DNA of 64,000 bases from an uncultured Elusimicrobia bacterium (GCA_964441955.1 CAYTWA010000002.1:9894-73893); one strand, 5' to 3'; shown: positions 46,306-57,086, counted from the stretch's first letter. Program-made: numbers and translations. Notes: generated from the letters alone by a model not told the origin.

Positions 46306-47225
46306 TGGTTCCTCCCACTCCATCTCCTCATCACTTACTCTTTCACTCTCTAAAAAGCGCCTGTCCTGGCGTGCGCGAACAAGAACCGCTCGCCAAGCGC
46401 ACCACGCTTCAAATCGGCGGCCCCGCCGATTTTTTTGCCGATGTCCAAACCGTTTCGGAACTAACCGCGCTGCGCCACGTGGTCGAAGCAAGTCTATTAC
46501 CCGTGTTTTTTTTGGGCGCGGGCTCTAATTTGCTTATTTCGGACAAAGGCATTCGCGGGCTTGTCCTTCATCTGGGGGGGGATTTTAAACGGGTGGACTT
46601 CCAGGAGTCGACACTCTCCGCCGGGGCTGGCGCCTTGATGCCGACGCTCGCCCGTCAAGCCGCGCAGCGAGGCCTTTCCGGCGTGGAATCACTGATCGGC
46701 GTGCCCGGCACCGTGGGCGGCGGTTTAGTGATGAATGCAGGCACGCGCGAAGGCTGGATCGGGGATGTGACGACCGAGATCGAAGCGCTTGCGGCCGGCG
46801 GCAAAATTCACACGATCAGCCGGGAGGACTGGGGCTTTTCCTACCGGCACTCGAAACTGGAAGGCCTTTGGATTACGGGCGCTACGCTCACGCTCAAAAA
46901 AGAAGACCCTATCGCGGTGCAAAAGAAAGTCGACGACCTTCTAGCCTATCGAACCAAAACCCAGCCGCTAACCACCTCCAATTGCGGTTCTGTCTTTAAA
47001 AATCCACCCGAAGGCGCGGCGGCTAAGTTTGTCGAAGAATGCGGCATGAAGGGGCAAGCCGTCGGTCGTGCGCGCGTATCCAACCGCCATGCCAATTTTA
47101 TTCTCAATGAAGGCGGCGCCACGGCGGCGGAGGTTCGCTCGCTGATCGATACGATCCAGATGAAAGTTCAAAAACAGTTCAACGTTTGCCTCGAACCCGA
47201 GGTGAAATTCGCAGGCGAGTGGTGA
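46305..47225 (+). CDS. murB: UDP-N-acetylenolpyruvoylglucosamine reductase
   Basis: FAD-binding ...TTLQIGGPADFF..GAGSNLL... Confidence 0.9.
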   Translation: MVPPTPSPHHLLFHSLKSACPGVREQEPLAKRTTLQIGGPADFFADVQTVSELTALRHVVEASLLPVFFLGAGSNLLISDKGIRGLVLHLGGDFKRVDFQESTLSAGAGALMPTLARQAAQRGLSGVESLIGVPGTVGGGLVMNAGTREGWIGDVTTEIEALAAGGKIHTISREDWGFSYRHSKLEGLWITGATLTLKKEDPIAVQKKVDDLLAYRTKTQPLTTSNCGSVFKNPPEGAAAKFVEECGMKGQAVGRARVSNRHANFILNEGGATAAEVRSLIDTIQMKVQKQFNVCLEPEVKFAGEW

Positions 47226-47283
47226 TGGGTAGTAGAATCGGACGCGTCGTGTACGATCGGCGGCGGACGCTCCTTTAAAACAA

Positions 47284-48225
47284 ATGAATCTCCTTAAAAA
47301 CGAAAAAATTGGCGTGTTGATGGGCGGGCGTTCCGCGGAACGTTCGATCTCAATAAAAACGGGGCAAGCGATTCTAGCGTCCCTTAAACGCCAGGGCTTT
47401 GCGGCGGTGGCGATTGATCCCCATCAAGACTTGCCCAAACAGCTGCGCTCACAAAAAATAGATTTTGCCTATATCGCGCTTCATGGCCCTGGCGGAGAAG
47501 ATGGAAAAGTGCAAGGGCTTCTCGACTGGATGCAAATCCCTTACACCGGAAGCGGCGTGCTGGCGTCGGCGGTGGCGATGGATAAGGCGGTGTGCAAAAG
47601 TGTGCTTCAAAAAGCGGGTCTGCCGGTGGCCAAAGGTGTGGTTCTTACGAAAAAAGATACGCTTCCGCGTCTTTCATTCCCCGTGGTGGTCAAACCCGTC
47701 TCTCAGGGGTCGGCGGTGGGTGTATCGCTGGTGCGATCACCCAAAGATCTTAAGCCGGCTTTGCAAGCCGCGTTCCGGTATGACGAGCGCGTACTGGTCG
47801 AACATTTTTTGAGTGGACCGGAAGTCACGGTGGGTGTTTTAGGGGATGAAGCGCTTCCGGTGATCGAAATTGTACCCGCGGCCGAGCGTCCGTTCTACGA
47901 TTTTCAAGCGAAATATGCGCCTGGAGGCTCTCTCCATATTCTGCCCGCCCGTTTGACGTCGTCTGTGGCAGCAAAAATTCAGCGCTTAGCACTCGACGCC
48001 TGCCATGCGATTGGAGTGCGCGCGGTCGCCCGAGTGGATGGAATTGTGGATCGCCGGCTGGGGCCTGTGATATTAGAAATCAACACCATTCCGGGAATGA
48101 CGGAAACATCGCTTCTCCCCGAAGCGGCGCAGGCGGTGGGCCTATCGTTTGATGCACTCGTGCTTAAAATTGCCGAGCTGTCTTTGTCTGCCGGTCGTCC
48201 GACGGGCCTTCACACCAATGGCTAA
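47284..48225 (+). CDS. ddl: D-alanine--D-alanine ligase
   Basis: ATP-grasp motifs. Canonical position in the dcw cluster. Confidence 0.9.
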   Translation: MNLLKNEKIGVLMGGRSAERSISIKTGQAILASLKRQGFAAVAIDPHQDLPKQLRSQKIDFAYIALHGPGGEDGKVQGLLDWMQIPYTGSGVLASAVAMDKAVCKSVLQKAGLPVAKGVVLTKKDTLPRLSFPVVVKPVSQGSAVGVSLVRSPKDLKPALQAAFRYDERVLVEHFLSGPEVTVGVLGDEALPVIEIVPAAERPFYDFQAKYAPGGSLHILPARLTSSVAAKIQRLALDACHAIGVRAVARVDGIVDRRLGPVILEINTIPGMTETSLLPEAAQAVGLSFDALVLKIAELSLSAGRPTGLHTNG

Positions 48226-49006
48226 ACGCCGCCGTCCACGCGTCCAGCGGGTCGCCCTGCGAGAACGGCGCCGCGAGTGGATTCGCCGGCGTCTGGGCGG
48301 CATGGTGCGCCGCGGCGTCGTCGCGAGCGCGGCGGTCGGGCTTTCACTTGGGCTTCTTTCCCAAGGAGACGCCCTTTTGGCCTCACGCTTGGCGGAGTGG
48401 TCGCCGCGTGTAAGCGTAGACGCCCCAGCGGCTTTAACTGCCCTTCCCCTGGCCGCTGATTTTCCGTCCAATCGTTTGTGGCTTTGGACTCCTTGGGTCA
48501 CGGCGCGACTGGAGTCGCGTTGGAAGAAAAAATTTCCGGTGATACGAAAGGTGGAGTTTAACCGTCAGTTGGGAGAGCGCACGCTGCGAATTCAATTGCA
48601 GCCGCGCAAACCACTCGTGCGTTTAAACGAGACGACCGCGATGGATGAAGACGGAGTCCCCTTCGCGTATTCCACGCTGTCCCTCGGGCCTGCACTACCC
48701 AAATTAGAGCTGCAAAGCGTCGCCGCACGGCTTGAAACGGCACGCTGGCTTCAAGCGATGGCGCGTCAAAGTGTCTTGTGGGGCAAAATCGTTTCCATTC
48801 GGCAAGACCGGTTGGGTTTTTATAGTTTGGAACTTCAGTCCGGCACTAAAATCGTATGGGGGCCGCCGATTGAAGCCGAAGCAGGTCCAAAAGCCCAAGT
48901 CGCGCTTCGTGCGTTGTCGGACGCGCAGGATCATTTCAAAGGGACGTCACTGGCCGATTTGCGATTTTTCTCCGAGGGGCGTATCATAGTCACGCCGAAG
49001 CGGTAA
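48218..49006 (+). CDS. ftsQ: Cell division protein FtsQ/DivIB (TM + POTRA)
   Basis: Start at ATG 48218 (MAKRRRP...). Position between ddl and ftsA. Confidence 0.75.
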   Translation: MAKRRRPRVQRVALRERRREWIRRRLGGMVRRGVVASAAVGLSLGLLSQGDALLASRLAEWSPRVSVDAPAALTALPLAADFPSNRLWLWTPWVTARLESRWKKKFPVIRKVEFNRQLGERTLRIQLQPRKPLVRLNETTAMDEDGVPFAYSTLSLGPALPKLELQSVAARLETARWLQAMARQSVLWGKIVSIRQDRLGFYSLELQSGTKIVWGPPIEAEAGPKAQVALRALSDAQDHFKGTSLADLRFFSEGRIIVTPKR

Positions 49007-49031
49007 AAACTTTTGGGGTTACGAGGACATT

Positions 49032-50276
49032 ATGTCTAAACCAGACATCGTAGCGGGGCTGGATATTGGCAGCGCGCAAGTCGCCTGCGTCATTGGGCGC
49101 CGCGACGAGCAAACCGGCCAGGTTGAAATTTTAAGCGGTGCAAAAAGCGCGTGCCCCGGGGGCCTTAAGGGCGGCGTGGTCATCAATATCGATGAGACGG
49201 CTCGCGCGGTCACCCGTATCTGTGAAGAAGCGGAAGATGCGGCCAAAGAGATGGTAAAAGAGCTCACCATCGCCATCCGCGGCACTCACCTCCAAACGTT
49301 TAATAACCACGGCGCTTTAAACATCGCCCGCACGGACAAAGAAATTACGGCGGAGGATGTGGAGAAGGCCATCGAAAGCGCTCAAGCCGTGCACATGTCG
49401 CCGGACCGAGAGATCATCCACACCATTCCTCAAGGTTTTACGCTCGACCGCCAGCAGGGCGTGCCCAATCCCGTTGGAATGGAAGGGTCGCTCCTGGAAG
49501 TCGACGTGCATATCGTCACGGCGTCACGCTCGCACTTAAATAATATTTTTAAAGCGATCAATGCGGCTGGGTTTACGGTGACCGAGCCCGTGTATGGCTT
49601 GCTGGCCTCGGGCGATGTCGTCATGACGCAGGAAGAACGCGATTTAGGGTCGCTTTTGCTTGACATCGGCGGCCAAACGACCGACATGGCCGTCTACTTT
49701 GACGGCAGCGTTCACTTTACGGACAAATTGCCGCTGGGTGCCGATGCGATTACGCGAGATTTGGCTTACGGACTGCGCACATCATTATCCCAAGCCCAGC
49801 AAATCAAAGAAAATCACGGGGTCGCCTTAACCAGTCTTTTAGAGCAGGGGGAAAGTGAAATCAGTTTTACTGCCATGGACGGCCGCACGTTTCGAAAGGT
49901 CAGCCGTCGTTTTCTGATCGACATGGTGGAGCCTCGCGTGGAAGAGATTTTCACACTCGTTCAAGAAAAATTGCAGGATTCCGGGTATGCCGACCGAGTG
50001 GTGCCTGGAGGCGTGGTGTTAACCGGCGGCGGTTCACTGCTTAAAGGCATCGAACAAGCCGCGGAGCGCATCCTTCAACTTTCGTCTCGCGTGGGGCTGC
50101 CCCAGGGGATCATCGGCCGCAGCGAAATTATTAGCCACCCCAGTTACGCGACCGCCATCGGCCTTTTAGCCTTCCAAACACGAAGCCACTCGCCTTGGGC
50201 CGGCCCCGCACGCCGCCGCACTCGAACGGCCTCCGTCGCATCGCGTTTGCGCGAATGGGTTGAGGAGACATTTTGA
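49032..50276 (+). CDS. ftsA: Cell division protein FtsA
   Basis: Actin-like ATPase motifs (VAGLDIGS..., VVLTGGGS). Confidence 0.9.
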   Translation: MSKPDIVAGLDIGSAQVACVIGRRDEQTGQVEILSGAKSACPGGLKGGVVINIDETARAVTRICEEAEDAAKEMVKELTIAIRGTHLQTFNNHGALNIARTDKEITAEDVEKAIESAQAVHMSPDREIIHTIPQGFTLDRQQGVPNPVGMEGSLLEVDVHIVTASRSHLNNIFKAINAAGFTVTEPVYGLLASGDVVMTQEERDLGSLLLDIGGQTTDMAVYFDGSVHFTDKLPLGADAITRDLAYGLRTSLSQAQQIKENHGVALTSLLEQGESEISFTAMDGRTFRKVSRRFLIDMVEPRVEEIFTLVQEKLQDSGYADRVVPGGVVLTGGGSLLKGIEQAAERILQLSSRVGLPQGIIGRSEIISHPSYATAIGLLAFQTRSHSPWAGPARRRTRTASVASRLREWVEETF

Positions 50277-51445
50277 GCCGTTTTAAGCTCGCCGAGGACG
50301 TTCGCGAACAACCCGCTGTCATCCGCGTCATTGGCGTGGGTGGGGGCGGGGGAAATGCCATTAACCGCATGATTGAGTCTGGCTTGCGTCACGTGGAATT
50401 TTGTGCCGCCAATACCGACGCACAAGCGCTACGCCGCAGCAAAGCCCCGCTCATGATTCAGCTCGGCGAAAAGCTCACACGCGGTTTAGGCGCCGGCGGC
50501 AACCCCAACATGGGCCGCCAGGCGGCGGAAGAAAGCACGGAAAAAATTAAAGAGCTCTTGATGGGTTCGGACATGGTGTTTGTGACGGCCGGGATGGGGG
50601 GCGGAACCGGGACCGGTGCGGCGCCGCTTGTCGCGCGGATTGCCAAAGAAGAATGCAAAGCGTTAACCGTCGGTGTGGTCACGCGGCCCTTTCAGTTTGA
50701 AGGGCGCGTTAAGCTTGGCCAAGCCGAAACGGGTCTAAAAGAGCTTAAAGCCCACTGCGATACGCTAATTGTTATTCCCAACGACCGGTTGCTCTCTGTT
50801 GTAGAGCCAACCACGCGCTTTGAAGACGCCTTCCGCATCGCCGACGATGTGCTGCGCCAAGCGGTCCAAGCGATTTCCAACGTTATTACGCATCCTGGCG
50901 AAATCAACATGGACTTTGCCAACGTGCGCACCATCATGACCGGGGCCGGGGAGGCATTGATGGGCATCGGCGAGGCGCGAGGTCCAGACAGAGCCCTACG
51001 CGCAGCCCAGCTGGCTATTCAAAACCCGTTGCTTGAGGAAATCTCCATCGATGGCGCCAAAGGGGTGATTACCAACATCGTGGGAAGCCGCGATATCACC
51101 CTGCATGAAGTCGGTGAGGCGATGAATTTCATCTACAGCGCTTGCCCCGAGGCTCATGTGTTCTACGGCCATGCCTTTGATGAGACTTTGGAAGACCGTA
51201 TCCAGATCACCGTCATTGCCACAGGCTTTCCGGCCATCCGAGCGACTTCTGCGGCGATCAAAGGTCGGCAGCCTGCCCTCGCGTCCAAGTCCAAACCGGG
51301 GGTCGAGCGCCGTCAGTCGCTTCGTTCGAACGGGCTCCCGATAGACCCGGAAACGTCGGAGGCCGCTTTAAAGCGTAAAAACCAGGAAGACGAGCTCCAA
51401 AAACCCGCATTTCTCCGCTTGAAATCTTCCCGATTACGCCCATAA
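50273..51445 (+). CDS. ftsZ: Cell division GTPase FtsZ
   Basis: GVGGGGGNA tubulin signature. TTG start overlapping the ftsA stop. Confidence 0.95.
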   Translation: MSRFKLAEDVREQPAVIRVIGVGGGGGNAINRMIESGLRHVEFCAANTDAQALRRSKAPLMIQLGEKLTRGLGAGGNPNMGRQAAEESTEKIKELLMGSDMVFVTAGMGGGTGTGAAPLVARIAKEECKALTVGVVTRPFQFEGRVKLGQAETGLKELKAHCDTLIVIPNDRLLSVVEPTTRFEDAFRIADDVLRQAVQAISNVITHPGEINMDFANVRTIMTGAGEALMGIGEARGPDRALRAAQLAIQNPLLEEISIDGAKGVITNIVGSRDITLHEVGEAMNFIYSACPEAHVFYGHAFDETLEDRIQITVIATGFPAIRATSAAIKGRQPALASKSKPGVERRQSLRSNGLPIDPETSEAALKRKNQEDELQKPAFLRLKSSRLRP

Positions 51446-51461
51446 TTAGTCCAGGTCGTTT

Positions 51462-52562
51462 ATGGATTTAAAACTACTCCTTCAGATGATGGTGGAAAAG
51501 GGCGCTTCCGACCTGCATCTTCGTTCCAACAAACAAGCGGTTTTCCGCGTGGACGGAAACCTCTCGTTTCGAAGCCCTCAGCCAATCCCGGGAGAGGTCA
51601 TCGATCAATGGATTAAAAGCATTCTCTCCGACCATCAAAGCCAAATTTTTCAGCAGCGTATGGAATGCGACTTGGCCATTACCGTGGATGGTCTCGGGCG
51701 GTTTCGCGTCAATGTGTATCGTCAGCGGGGGGTGGTCAATGTGGCCTTTCGCGTGGTGCCCACGAAAATTCCTACCTTTGAGGAGTTAAAGCTCCCGGCG
51801 GTCGTCAAAAAAATTGCCGATGAACCCCGGGGGCTCGTCCTCTTAACCGGGACCACTGGAAGCGGAAAATCGACCACCCTGGCGGCCATGATCGATTACA
51901 TCAACGCCACGCGAAGCCGTCACATTATCACGATAGAAGACCCCATCGAATACGTCCACGAAGACAAACAATCGATTGTGTCCCAGCGGGAACTGCAGTC
52001 GGATACGTTGGATTACACGGAAGCGCTTAAATACGTCGTCCGGCAGGACCCGGACGTTGTGCTACTCGGGGAAATGCGAAATTTGGAAACGATGTCGGCG
52101 GCGTTAACGGCCGCTCAAACGGGCCACTTGGTCCTTTCAACCATTCATACGATCGATGCCATCCAGACGGTCAACCGCATCATTGACGTTTTTCCGCCTC
52201 ATCAGCAAAACCAAGTGCGCTACATGCTGGCGGATACGCTGCGCGGCGTGATTTCCCAGCGCCTCCTTCCGCATGCCTCCGGAACCGGGCGGGTCCCCGC
52301 CGTAGAAGTGATGGTGGTCACCCCGATTATTCGCAAATATATGTTCGACAACACCTTGGGCGAAATTTCAGAAGTGATGAAGCAGGGCCAGTATTACGGC
52401 ATGCAGACGTTCCAGCAGTCGTTCATCGATTTAATTAAACGCGACGAAATTACCCTGGAAACAGCTCTTGAAGCCTCCTCCAACCCCGAAGAAGTCATGA
52501 TGGCGATACGAGGCGTCCAAACCGGGACCGACAGCAGCACTGGCTTCTTCCAACAACACTAA
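51462..52562 (+). CDS. pilT: Type IV pilus retraction ATPase PilT
   Basis: GTTGSGKSTT Walker A, Asp box, His box. Confidence 0.9.
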   Translation: MDLKLLLQMMVEKGASDLHLRSNKQAVFRVDGNLSFRSPQPIPGEVIDQWIKSILSDHQSQIFQQRMECDLAITVDGLGRFRVNVYRQRGVVNVAFRVVPTKIPTFEELKLPAVVKKIADEPRGLVLLTGTTGSGKSTTLAAMIDYINATRSRHIITIEDPIEYVHEDKQSIVSQRELQSDTLDYTEALKYVVRQDPDVVLLGEMRNLETMSAALTAAQTGHLVLSTIHTIDAIQTVNRIIDVFPPHQQNQVRYMLADTLRGVISQRLLPHASGTGRVPAVEVMVVTPIIRKYMFDNTLGEISEVMKQGQYYGMQTFQQSFIDLIKRDEITLETALEASSNPEEVMMAIRGVQTGTDSSTGFFQQH

Positions 52563-52567
52563 ATCCC

Positions 52568-53185
52568 TTGCGTGTTCTTTGGACTTTTCTTTTTTGGGCC
52601 TCCATCGCCTATGCCAAGAGCAGTTCCTCATCACCCATCGTTCGTTCGCAAAATGGTACCGAAAGCATTGGTTGGAGCGAGGCCGGGTGCGCGTGGGAAG
52701 TTTCGAGCACCGGGCCATCCAACTTAAAAGTCAGTGTTCAGTCCGAAGCCTGCGATCCCGCCGCGGCGGACGTTCAAGGGGCCTTGGTTCAAAACGTCTA
52801 TCGATTGATGGGCAAACGGGTGGGAAAAGCGGGACTGACTTTCGATATTTATTTACCGCACAGCCCGACACTTTTAACGCGGTGGGGGGTTATCCTCAAG
52901 AGTTCCGACGAATGGGAAAAAAGACGAACCTCCCCTCAATCGTCGGTCATTTCGGATAACGAATTCTTCTCAAAACTCATGGATCAAGGCCAGCTCTTTG
53001 GCGCGTATCAGTCGCTTTTTGACAAACTGGGAGGCCTCTATGAAACAGTTGAGATTGACAAGGTCGTCTACCCGCCCGCCGGTGATTTTTCCTTTTACGA
53101 GACGGCGCTTAAAATTCGCGGCTATGGGCCTCAGGACGCCTTTCCCATCCCTTTGGTAACCCATATCAAACTTATTTCGCGCTAA
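52568..53185 (+). CDS. Secreted hypothetical protein (signal peptide MRVLWTFLFWASIAYA)
   Basis: ORF plus signal peptide. 5 nt downstream of pilT. Confidence 0.5.
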   Translation: MRVLWTFLFWASIAYAKSSSSSPIVRSQNGTESIGWSEAGCAWEVSSTGPSNLKVSVQSEACDPAAADVQGALVQNVYRLMGKRVGKAGLTFDIYLPHSPTLLTRWGVILKSSDEWEKRRTSPQSSVISDNEFFSKLMDQGQLFGAYQSLFDKLGGLYETVEIDKVVYPPAGDFSFYETALKIRGYGPQDAFPIPLVTHIKLISR

Positions 53186-53290
53186 AACCGCATGGAAAGG
53201 CACTTTTGTTTACAATCGCGCCATGTCCCGTAACTCCATGAAATCAATTCGGCGGGACATACCGGATATGAAATTGAAAAAAGGAACCGT

Positions 53291-54691
53291 ATGACTTTAA
53301 TTCATCGCACCAAAATTATCGGGACATTAGGCCCGGCAACCGAACAGCCGGGCGTATTAGAAAAGCTTTTGGAAGCCGGCATGGATGTAGTCCGCATCAA
53401 TGCCGCGCACGGCAATGAAGCGATCCATGGCGCCCGATTGGCGAAGGCCCGTGAAGCCGCCCAGCGGATGGGCGTTCCACTGGCAGCCCTCCTTGACCTT
53501 CCTGGCCCCAAACATCGCCTGGGGGTCTTGCGTGAACCCTCGCTGCGAATGCGTGCCGGGGATGAAATTTCCCTTGGAGGGTCTTCCGAAGGGGCCCTTC
53601 CATTAGAAGAGCCCCATTTGGTCAAAGACCTGCGCCCGAAAGAACCGATTTATTTAGCCGACGGCAGCGTGCGCCTTATCGTGCTGCGCGTGTCGGGTTC
53701 CCAGGCGCTCTGTCGGGTGGACATTGGCGGCATCGTGCGCTCGCACTCAGGGTTAAATTTGCCGGAGTCCCAACTGTCGCTTCGCCTTCCGACACTGGAA
53801 GACCGGCGGTGGATTCAATTTGGTTGCGAGCAGCGCATCGACTGGTTTGGAATTTCTTTTGTTCGAAACGCCGAAGACGTGGTCCGCGTGCGCAAGGCGC
53901 TGACCCCCATGTCGGACCCTCCCTTGCTCATGGCCAAAATTGAAAAGCGCGATGCCCTGACGAATTTAGGCGCCGTGATCGCGGCCGCCGATGGCGTCAT
54001 GGTGGCGCGCGGCGATTTAGGAGTGGAAACGCCGCTTGAGCAAGTGCCGCTCGCACAAAAAAGGATCATCGCGGAAGCCACTCGCCAAGGAAAACCCGTC
54101 GTGACCGCGACTCAGATGCTGGAATCAATGGTCGAAAACCCATCCCCGACCCGCGCGGAGGTGACCGATATTGCCAACGCTATATTGGATGGGACGGATG
54201 CGATCATGCTTTCGGCGGAAACGGCGATTGGCAAAAACGGCCCACGGGCGGTTAAAACCATGACCGCCATTATTGGCGCCACGGAAGCCCAATACCCGCA
54301 TGCCAAAATGCTGGAGCGTCTTTCAAAAACCTCTTGGGGTTCTACCGCGGATGCGCTAAGTTTGTCGATTGCCCGGCTTTCATTTGATCTAGGAAAACAT
54401 AGTGTCATTGTGGTGTCGGCAGAGGCGGCCACAAGCGCCTATCGCATTGCGCGGTTTCGCCCCAGCGCTCCGATCTATGTGCTAAGCCCCAATCCACGTC
54501 ATGCCCAACGGTTTAATTTGGTTTGGAACGTGCGCCCGCTCGTGATGACGAATGCCTCAGACCCCGTGGCCGTTCGCCGAAAGCTCAAATCTTTGGGCGA
54601 AATCAAAGCCGGGTCGCCGATCATTTTCATTTCCACCAACCCCCGCCAAAGCGCCGATACCACCGATACGCTGCGAATATTGCGTTTATAG
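53291..54691 (+). CDS. pyk: Pyruvate kinase
   Basis: TKIIGTLGPA..., MVARGDLG. Confidence 0.9.
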   Translation: MTLIHRTKIIGTLGPATEQPGVLEKLLEAGMDVVRINAAHGNEAIHGARLAKAREAAQRMGVPLAALLDLPGPKHRLGVLREPSLRMRAGDEISLGGSSEGALPLEEPHLVKDLRPKEPIYLADGSVRLIVLRVSGSQALCRVDIGGIVRSHSGLNLPESQLSLRLPTLEDRRWIQFGCEQRIDWFGISFVRNAEDVVRVRKALTPMSDPPLLMAKIEKRDALTNLGAVIAAADGVMVARGDLGVETPLEQVPLAQKRIIAEATRQGKPVVTATQMLESMVENPSPTRAEVTDIANAILDGTDAIMLSAETAIGKNGPRAVKTMTAIIGATEAQYPHAKMLERLSKTSWGSTADALSLSIARLSFDLGKHSVIVVSAEAATSAYRIARFRPSAPIYVLSPNPRHAQRFNLVWNVRPLVMTNASDPVAVRRKLKSLGEIKAGSPIIFISTNPRQSADTTDTLRILRL

Positions 54692-54699
54692 GATTTAAA

Positions 54700-54741
54700 A
54701 TAGTTATTGACTTAGTCCATATTCAAGACTAGACTAAGTCC
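54700..54741 (+). promoter_or_regulatory. Putative vapBC promoter/operator: TTGACT -17 bp- TAGACT with overlapping ACTTAGTCCA / ACTAAGTCCA repeat and GACTAG palindrome
   Basis: Read in the intergenic sequence 5' of the antitoxin gene. Confidence 0.35.
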
Positions 54742-54975
54742 ATGAAAGTGAATATTCATGAAGCCAAAACCCACTTTTCCAAGCTGATTGAAAAAGTCGA
54801 AGGTGGAGAAGAGATTATTATCGCTCGGGGCGGGAAACCAGTGGCCAAATTAGTGGGGCTAGGGGGTGCCAAAGCGTTGCGACAGCCCGGAACCGCTCGG
54901 CATGATTCGGTCTTTGTGTCGGAGGATTTTGATGCCCCGCTTCCAGATGATGTACTTCGTGATTTTCATTCGTGA
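54742..54975 (+). CDS. vapB: Type II antitoxin (Phd/YefM or VapB-like)
   Basis: 77 aa, MKVNIHEAKTHFSKLIEKVEGGEEIII.. antitoxin-like N-terminus. Overlaps the toxin by 4 nt. Confidence 0.75.
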   Translation: MKVNIHEAKTHFSKLIEKVEGGEEIIIARGGKPVAKLVGLGGAKALRQPGTARHDSVFVSEDFDAPLPDDVLRDFHS

Positions 54976-55361
54976 ATTATCTTCTTGATACCCATGTTTT
55001 TATCTGGTGGATCACTGGCGAATCTCGGCTTCCCCAGACCGTGCAAAAAGTCTTAAGTGAAGCGGCCGGGTCCGTCTGGGTTAGCGCCGCCAGCCTTTGG
55101 GAAATGGCCTTAAAAATAAAGCTCGGAAAACTCAAAATGCCCGAGCCGTTCGACACGTATGTTTTGCGACAGATTCAGATCAACCGAATGGAAGTCCTGC
55201 CTATCCATGCGCCCCACGTGCTTGAAACGATGAAGCTCCCAGCCCACCACCGCGATCCTTTCGACCGACTCTTGGTCGCCCAAGCACGCCGGGAAGAGCT
55301 AACTCTTATTAGCGGCGACTCAGCCATGCGTTCATATGATGTAGCGATCTTATGGGGCTGA
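54972..55361 (+). CDS. vapC: PIN-domain ribonuclease toxin VapC
   Basis: LLDTHVFIWW (first acidic residue) and other PIN motifs. Confidence 0.85.
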   Translation: MNYLLDTHVFIWWITGESRLPQTVQKVLSEAAGSVWVSAASLWEMALKIKLGKLKMPEPFDTYVLRQIQINRMEVLPIHAPHVLETMKLPAHHRDPFDRLLVAQARREELTLISGDSAMRSYDVAILWG

Positions 55362-55362
55362 T

Positions 55363-56007
55363 ATGGCTATTCGATGGTTTGTGACCGACCGGCGGCATGG
55401 CAATGCGCGTGCGCGGGGCGCCCTTTATAAACTTCTTAAGAAACGAAAATGGCCGCATGCGGCGGCCATCGGTGAGCAAGTTCATGGCGATCGGATCGCC
55501 ATCATCCAGAGTCCGCGCGATCGTCGGCTTTGGAAAGGAGTCGACGGGTTTTTAACAGACCAGCCGGACATTCCGCTCGGGATTTATACAGCCGATTGTC
55601 TTTCTGTTTTTGTTACGAGCCGCGATGAGCGTGTGGTTGGGGTGCTTCATGCAGGGTGGAGAGGGCTGGCGGCGGGAATTTTAGGGAAGGCCGCGCGGCT
55701 GATGCGCCAAAAATGGGGAATTGCGGCTTCTCAGGTTCGTGTGTGGGCAGGCCCCGCCATTGGACCTTGTTGTTTCGAGGTAGGGTGGGACGTGGCACGG
55801 GTTTTTCCTTTGACGCGGCGCCGAAAAGGCGTCAAATGGCATGTGGATTTACGCCGCGAGCTTCAGGCCCAGGTCAAAAAACGCGGGCTGCAGTGGATGC
55901 GTCACAGCGATATTGCGCACTGCACCCATCACCAAAAACGCTATCATTCGTTCCGGCGCGATGGCACGAGCCACCGCCAAGTCTCAGTTATCCTAAAAAC
56001 ACGATAA
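55363..56007 (+). CDS. pgeF: Peptidoglycan editing factor PgeF / YfiH (DUF152, laccase-domain purine nucleoside phosphorylase)
   Basis: YTADCLSVF, HAGWRG motifs. Confidence 0.85.
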   Translation: MAIRWFVTDRRHGNARARGALYKLLKKRKWPHAAAIGEQVHGDRIAIIQSPRDRRLWKGVDGFLTDQPDIPLGIYTADCLSVFVTSRDERVVGVLHAGWRGLAAGILGKAARLMRQKWGIAASQVRVWAGPAIGPCCFEVGWDVARVFPLTRRRKGVKWHVDLRRELQAQVKKRGLQWMRHSDIAHCTHHQKRYHSFRRDGTSHRQVSVILKTR

Positions 56008-56009
56008 AT

Positions 56010-57086
56010 ATGGCTTCTTTAGAACATTTACGTCGTCAAATTGACCGCCTGGATGGCGCGCTTTTGGAACTATTAAACAAGCGCGGCCGCCTGGTCCAGC
56101 AAGTCGGCGCCGAAAAGGCGCGCAGGAACCAGTCCGTTTTCGCTCCCGGACGTGAACGGGATCTTCTCAGGCGGCTGAAAGATTTAAACCACGGGCCGCT
56201 GACCGCCGAGGCGGTCGATGCGGTGTTTCGCGAAGTCGTTTATGCCTGCCGCGCGCTTCAGAAAGATTTTAAGATCGCCTATTTCGGCCCGGAAGCGACC
56301 TTCACGCACCAAGCCGCCCTTCGGCAGTTCGGCCGCCGGGCGCACCTCGTGGCTTGCCGTACGATTTCCGATGTCTTTGTGGAAGTGGAAAAAGACCGGG
56401 CCGATTACGGGGTTGTCCCCATCGAAAATTCCACGGAAGGCATCGTGAACCACACGCTTGATATGTTTGTCGATTCGCGTTTGTCGATCTCAGCCGAGTT
56501 GGAGATGCCGATTCACCACTATCTCCTGGGCCGCGCCGTAGGCTACAAGAAAGGCCGCGGGGTTCGAACCCTTTATGTTTTTCCACAGGCCCTGGCCCAG
56601 TGCCGCGCCTGGGTCGAAGCTCATGTGCCTCACGCCAATGTTGTGGAAGCCTCTTCGACCGCCGAATCGGCACGCCTGGCGTCGAAAACACGGGGTGCGG
56701 CGGCGATTGCCTCGCGACTGGCGGCCGAGATGTACGGGTTAGATGTTTTAGAGTCGCGTATCGAAGATGTGTCCAGCAATTTCACGCGTTTCTTGGTGAT
56801 TGGAAAAAGCGAGCCGGCGCCTACCGGGCGTGATAAAACCACGGTGATGTTCTCCGTCAAAGATCGCGTGGGCGCCCTGCACGATATTTTGGTGCCGTTT
56901 AAGAAGTTGCGCTTAAACCTCACCAAAATCGAATCGCGTCCGACCCGGCAGCGCGCTTGGGAATACGTTTTCTTCGTTGACATCCTCGGCCACCGGGCCG
57001 AGCCGCGCATGCAAAAGGCTTTAGCGGAACTTGAGCGTTACTGCAGCTTTCTTAAAATTTTAGGGTCTTACCCTCGGACAGAATAG
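56010..57086 (+). CDS. pheA: Bifunctional chorismate mutase / prephenate dehydratase (CM_2 + PDT + ACT)
   Basis: Start at ATG 56010 (the track ORF 55656.. is over-extended across pgeF). ESRP and TRF motifs. Confidence 0.9.
   Translation: MASLEHLRRQIDRLDGALLELLNKRGRLVQQVGAEKARRNQSVFAPGRERDLLRRLKDLNHGPLTAEAVDAVFREVVYACRALQKDFKIAYFGPEATFTHQAALRQFGRRAHLVACRTISDVFVEVEKDRADYGVVPIENSTEGIVNHTLDMFVDSRLSISAELEMPIHHYLLGRAVGYKKGRGVRTLYVFPQALAQCRAWVEAHVPHANVVEASSTAESARLASKTRGAAAIASRLAAEMYGLDVLESRIEDVSSNFTRFLVIGKSEPAPTGRDKTTVMFSVKDRVGALHDILVPFKKLRLNLTKIESRPTRQRAWEYVFFVDILGHRAEPRMQKALAELERYCSFLKILGSYPRTE

Noticed and set aside
53186-53290. 8-bp inverted repeat ATGTCCCG / CGGGACAT with a 24-nt loop upstream of pyk
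   Set aside because: Short, and it could simply be a weak terminator for the upstream gene or a chance palindrome. There is no further evidence for a regulatory RNA.
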